A model generated the notes under the pieces. It saw nothing but the letters and a program-made list of their open reading frames with translations. It was not told the DNA's origin and did not search any database. 64,000 bases of DNA. Source: Candidatus Krumholzibacteriota bacterium. Its GTDB lineage: Bacteria > Krumholzibacteriota > Krumholzibacteriia > JAJRXK01. A program made the translations under genes and the position numbers. The stretch covers positions 11,737 through 75,736 of the forward strand of contig CAWDWO010000022.1 in the NCBI GenBank assembly GCA_963806035.1, written 5' to 3'. This document shows positions 60,727-64,000 of the stretch, in pieces; the first letter of the stretch is position 1; each line of letters begins with the position of its first letter.

Positions 60727-61212
60727 CTAGGAGCTCTTGTTCCGTTTGGCATCCATGCGGCGAGCGACGTTCTCGGGAACCAATTTCGAGATATCTCCAC
60801 CGTGGGCGTGAATCTCGCGCACCAGCGTGCTGCTCACGCTCAAAAATTCCGCGCTGGGCATCAAGAACAACACCTCGAACTTGGGACAGAGCCGCCGGTT
60901 CATCAAGGCCATCATGTACTCGTATTCGAAGTCCTGAAAGAGGCGCACCCCGCGCACCACGACATCGACCTTTTGTCTTTCGAATTCGTGCGCGAGGAGT
61001 CCCTCGAAGGGTACGACCTCCACTCCTTCACGCTTGTTCATGAGTTCGGTGACAATCTCCACCCGCTCTTTGAGACTGAACATGGGTTCCTTCTCCGTGG
61101 AGAGAGCGATGGCCACGATCACCCGGTCGAAGAGCCGCTTGGCGCGTTCCAGAAGATCGAGGTGGCCCAAGGTGAGGGGGTCGAAAGTCCCCGGGTAGAG
61201 TGCGGTCTTCAT
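60727..61212 (-). CDS. coaD: Phosphopantetheine adenylyltransferase
   Basis: YPGTFDPLTLGH, RGVR...DFEYE and SSTLVRE. Confidence 0.96.
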   Translation of the reverse strand: MKTALYPGTFDPLTLGHLDLLERAKRLFDRVIVAIALSTEKEPMFSLKERVEIVTELMNKREGVEVVPFEGLLAHEFERQKVDVVVRGVRLFQDFEYEYMMALMNRRLCPKFEVLFLMPSAEFLSVSSTLVREIHAHGGDISKLVPENVARRMDAKRNKSS

Positions 61213-61784
61213 GAATTCATCCCCTCGATGATGCTGAATGCCGAGCTCCCGTGACAGCGCGTCTTGCTCTCGATTCCGGCCGGGAGCACCAAGCTCTCCG
61301 CCTCCACGGCTGGATGTTCGATGACACAGATCTCGATCGCGCCCGATACTAACAGGCTCGTGACGAGAGGCAACAGGCGGCCCAGGGTTCCCTCCTGGTA
61401 AGGCGGGTCCAGAAGCATCAGCTCGACCCTTTGGCTAATATCGGACGGGTCTGCGGAGTATCGCTTCAGCCAGTGCCAAGCGTCCATTCGCCGTACGCAG
61501 GCTTCGGGAGGGTGCAGGTCGAGAGTCTCCAGATTCAGGCGAATCACCTTCACCGCCCTCGGGTCCAGCTCGACGAACACGGCCGAGACCGCCCCGCGAC
61601 TCAGAGCCTCGATGCCCAGAGCCCCCGATCCCGCGAAGAGGTCCGCCACCCGTTTCCCGCGCACACGATCCCCCAGCGAAGAAAACACGGCTTCTTTCAG
61701 CTTGGCGCTGCTGGGGCGGGTCCCGACCTCGGGAGCCAAATGGAGGCCACGTCCGCCAAAACGTCCCGCGCACACCTTGATCAT
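61209..61784 (-). CDS. rsmD: 16S rRNA m2G966 methyltransferase
   Basis: TRPS, DLFAGSGALGIEALSRGA and DPPY. ATG 61784 overlaps the aroK stop. Confidence 0.93.
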   Translation of the reverse strand: MIKVCAGRFGGRGLHLAPEVGTRPSSAKLKEAVFSSLGDRVRGKRVADLFAGSGALGIEALSRGAVSAVFVELDPRAVKVIRLNLETLDLHPPEACVRRMDAWHWLKRYSADPSDISQRVELMLLDPPYQEGTLGRLLPLVTSLLVSGAIEICVIEHPAVEAESLVLPAGIESKTRCHGSSAFSIIEGMNS

Positions 61785-62323
61785 GGCGATCCTTCTGGGC
61801 CGGGCTCCCGCAGCTGCTGCAGAAGGGCGCTGAGAGTCCGGGCCAAGCTGAGCGGTGAGCTCTGGCCCACGTTCACGCGCAGATGAGCCGCCGCCGCGTA
61901 GCTGAACCTCCGCTCGGTATGCAGGCGCGCCAGACCGGCCGGCCCAAGCGCTCTCACCAGTGGACGCATCTGTTCCGCCTCGCGCTTCAGCCGCGCTCTG
62001 AGCAGCGCGAACTCGGGGTCCAGCCAGACCACGCTTGCGCTGCCCCGCAGGAAGGAACGATTCGCGGGATCGACCACGGTCCCTCCCCCCGCGGCAAGAA
62101 CACAGGGGGTCCCGGAGAGCGCCTGGCGAAGAGCATCGCGCTCGCGCCGGCGGAATCCCGCCTCGCCCTCCTGGGAGAAGATCTCGGAGATCGTGCAAGC
62201 GGCCTCGGATTCGATCATGGCATCCAGGTCCACGAAGGGGCGCTTCAGCATGGGGGCCAGTCGTTGCCCGATGCTGCTCTTTCCCGCTCCCATGAAGCCG
62301 ACGAGGGCGACGATGGGTCTCAA
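61781..62323 (-). CDS. aroK: Shikimate kinase
   Basis: GFMGAGKS, DLD, GEAGFRRRE, GGG and RPL. Confidence 0.93.
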   Translation of the reverse strand: MRPIVALVGFMGAGKSSIGQRLAPMLKRPFVDLDAMIESEAACTISEIFSQEGEAGFRRRERDALRQALSGTPCVLAAGGGTVVDPANRSFLRGSASVVWLDPEFALLRARLKREAEQMRPLVRALGPAGLARLHTERRFSYAAAAHLRVNVGQSSPLSLARTLSALLQQLREPGPEGSP

Positions 62324-63507
62324 GAATCGCCTCCCGTCTCCGCCGCACGCATGCGCTCTTGGAGTTCCTGGCTGAATCGTTCGAGCGAAGATTTGACGCG
62401 CGCCAGAGTGTCGCCCGCGAAGGACTCCAGGAAGGCCTCCGCGAGAACGAACATCACCACCGCCTCGCCCACCACTCCGGCCGCGGGGACCGCGCAGACG
62501 TCACTGCGCTCGAACGCGGCTTTCTGTTCCAGGTTGCGCTCCATGTCCACCGATCGCAACGCCTTCTTGAGAGTGGAGATGGGCTTCATCGCGCCCCTGA
62601 GAACCAGCGCTTCGCCGGTGGTCATCCCCCCTTCCAGCCCGCCAGCCCGATTGCTCGCGCGCTTTGGTGGCTTGCCCGCGACGGGAACGATCTCGTCATG
62701 AACCGCGGATCCCAAAAGTGCGGAGTTGGCGAAGGCCGGTCCGATCTCCATGCCCTTCACCGCGGGAATCGAGAGCATCGCGGCGGCCAAGCGAGCGTCG
62801 AGCTTGCGATCGGGCGCCATCGAGGAACCCAAGCCCGGAGGCAAGCCCTCCACCACCACTTCGAAAATCCCGCCCAGCGTGTCCCCCTGCGCCTGCGCCT
62901 CCTCGATCGCGGCGCGCATCGCTTCGTAAGCACCAGCGGTGCGTAAATCGTTGGCTTCGGCCAGCTCGAAGATTTTGTCGCTCGCAATGCCCTGAAGCTC
63001 GGCCTTCACTTCTCCGATTTGGATGACGTGCGAATGAACGGAGACTCCCAACTCGCCCAAGAAGAGGCGCAGAACCTCCCCCGCCGCCACGCGCGCCGCG
63101 GTCTCGCGTGCGCTGGCGCGCTCGAGAACGTCGCGGGCGTCGTGGTGAGCGTACTTGAGCATTCCCACCAGGTCGGCGTGTCCCGGGCGCGGCCGTGTGA
63201 GGCGGCGCGGTGATTCACGCGGAGGATCGCCGAAGGGCGAGAGAACCTCGCTCCAGTTCTCGTGGTCGCGGTTCTTCACCACGAGAGCGATGGGTGCTCC
63301 CGTGGTCCTCCCGAAGCGAATGCCCGCGACGCACTCGGCCATGTCCTTCTCGATACGCTGACGATTGCCCCGGCCAAATCCGACCTGACGGCGGGCCATG
63401 CCGCGGAGCAAGGCATCTGGATCCACGGGAATTCCGGCCGGTAGACCGTCCAGAATGACCGTGAGTTGGGGTCCATGGCTTTCCCCGGCGGTGAGCAGAC
63501 GCAGCAC
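62320..63507 (-). CDS. aroC: Chorismate synthase
   Basis: TAGESHG, RPRPGHAD, ERASARETA, GGLEGG, MKPISTL and ERSD. Confidence 0.96.
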   Translation of the reverse strand: MLRLLTAGESHGPQLTVILDGLPAGIPVDPDALLRGMARRQVGFGRGNRQRIEKDMAECVAGIRFGRTTGAPIALVVKNRDHENWSEVLSPFGDPPRESPRRLTRPRPGHADLVGMLKYAHHDARDVLERASARETAARVAAGEVLRLFLGELGVSVHSHVIQIGEVKAELQGIASDKIFELAEANDLRTAGAYEAMRAAIEEAQAQGDTLGGIFEVVVEGLPPGLGSSMAPDRKLDARLAAAMLSIPAVKGMEIGPAFANSALLGSAVHDEIVPVAGKPPKRASNRAGGLEGGMTTGEALVLRGAMKPISTLKKALRSVDMERNLEQKAAFERSDVCAVPAAGVVGEAVVMFVLAEAFLESFAGDTLARVKSSLERFSQELQERMRAAETGGDS

Positions 63508-63606
63508 GATCTCTCTCCTTTGGGCAGAGTAAGGGAGGCTTGTGAGGAGGGTAGGTCAATCGAGGCGCATAGGGCAAGCCGAGGAGTTTCACGGGCTCAA
63601 GAAATG

Positions 63607-63638
63607 AAAAAGGGCGCCGGACTCAAAGTCCGGCGCCC
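63607..63638 (-). terminator. Intrinsic terminator after the secretin gene
   Basis: Minus strand GGGCGCCGGAC-TTTGA-GTCCGGCGCCC followed by TTTTT. Confidence 0.85.
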
Positions 63639-63662
63639 CGACTCAACCCTAGTGGCTTGGGC

Positions 63663-64000
63663 CTACATGCCCACGCCTTTGGTAGCCGTCTCAGCCTTAC
63701 GCTCCTGAAGATCGTGAAGGACCTTCTCCTGACGCTGATCCAGCATCTGGGTCCCCTCGTTGATGATCGAGGGAGTGATGAAGACCATCAGCTCGCGCTT
63801 GGACTTCGTGGACGAGGTGCTCTTGAAGAGGTTCCCCAGCAGAGGAACATCCATCAGAATGGGCACGCCCGTCGTGAGCTTGCTCTCCACGTCACGGATC
63901 AAACCGGCGATCACCGCGGTCTGGGTGTTGTTGACGAGCACGCGGGTGTCGGCCTCACTGGTATTGATGATGACTCCACCCTGGACCGTGGCCTGACTCG
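63663..64000 (-). CDS. pilQ: Secretin C-terminus, probably type IV pilus PilQ (partial)
   Basis: TRVLVNNTQTAVIAGL, GVPILMDVPLLGNLFK and RELMVFITPSI. Its position upstream of shikimate genes matches the common pilQ-aro linkage. Confidence 0.8.
   Translation of the reverse strand, partial: SQATVQGGVIINTSEADTRVLVNNTQTAVIAGLIRDVESKLTTGVPILMDVPLLGNLFKSTSSTKSKRELMVFITPSIINEGTQMLDQRQEKVLHDLQERKAETATKGVGM

Overview
A GC-rich, gene-dense stretch of core chromosome from a diderm bacterium. The LpxC-FabZ fusion, a DUF4837-like lipoprotein and McsA/McsB/ClpC together suggest an FCB-group lineage; this is inference. All but two of about 65 genes lie on the minus strand, many coupled by ATGA/GTGA overlaps. 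Read in minus-strand order: pilQ-type secretin (partial), aroC, aroK, rsmD, coaD, pta, class I aminotransferase, obgE, dprA, lipid A acyltransferase (frameshifted), a DUF3467-like gene (+), rfaE1/rfaE2, sucCD, ndk, yceD-rpmF-plsX-fabD-fabG-acpP-fabF (no fabH), rnc, a Cys-rich orphan, mog/moaB, TPR protein and lipoprotein, ECF sigma/anti-sigma, DUF4837-like lipoprotein (frameshifted), aroB, TPR protein, aroQ, efp, accB, pilT-family ATPase, accC, thiE, ftsK, rimO, two envelope hypotheticals, bamD, nadD, polA, coaE, prfB (programmed +1 frameshift), lysS, lolC/E-lolD, mcsA-mcsB-clpC, bamA-skp-lpxD-lpxC/fabZ-lpxA-lpxB-DUF374-lpxK, an orphan lipoprotein (+), nadB and a partial MEMO1/AmmeMemoRadiSam B gene. 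I saw no rRNA, tRNA, CRISPR array, mobile element or defence island, and I cannot support a clearly new multi-gene system. Best leads: (1) the same GGGAACCC-N14-CGTA promoter-like motif upstream of both the ECF sigma gene and bamA, suggesting an envelope-stress regulon; (2) an orphan lipoprotein with sigma-54 and IHF-like sites; (3) a Cys/His-rich orphan; (4) a possible LolB analogue; (5) a hairpin that sequesters an RBS. Family names come from motif recognition by eye, not database searches.
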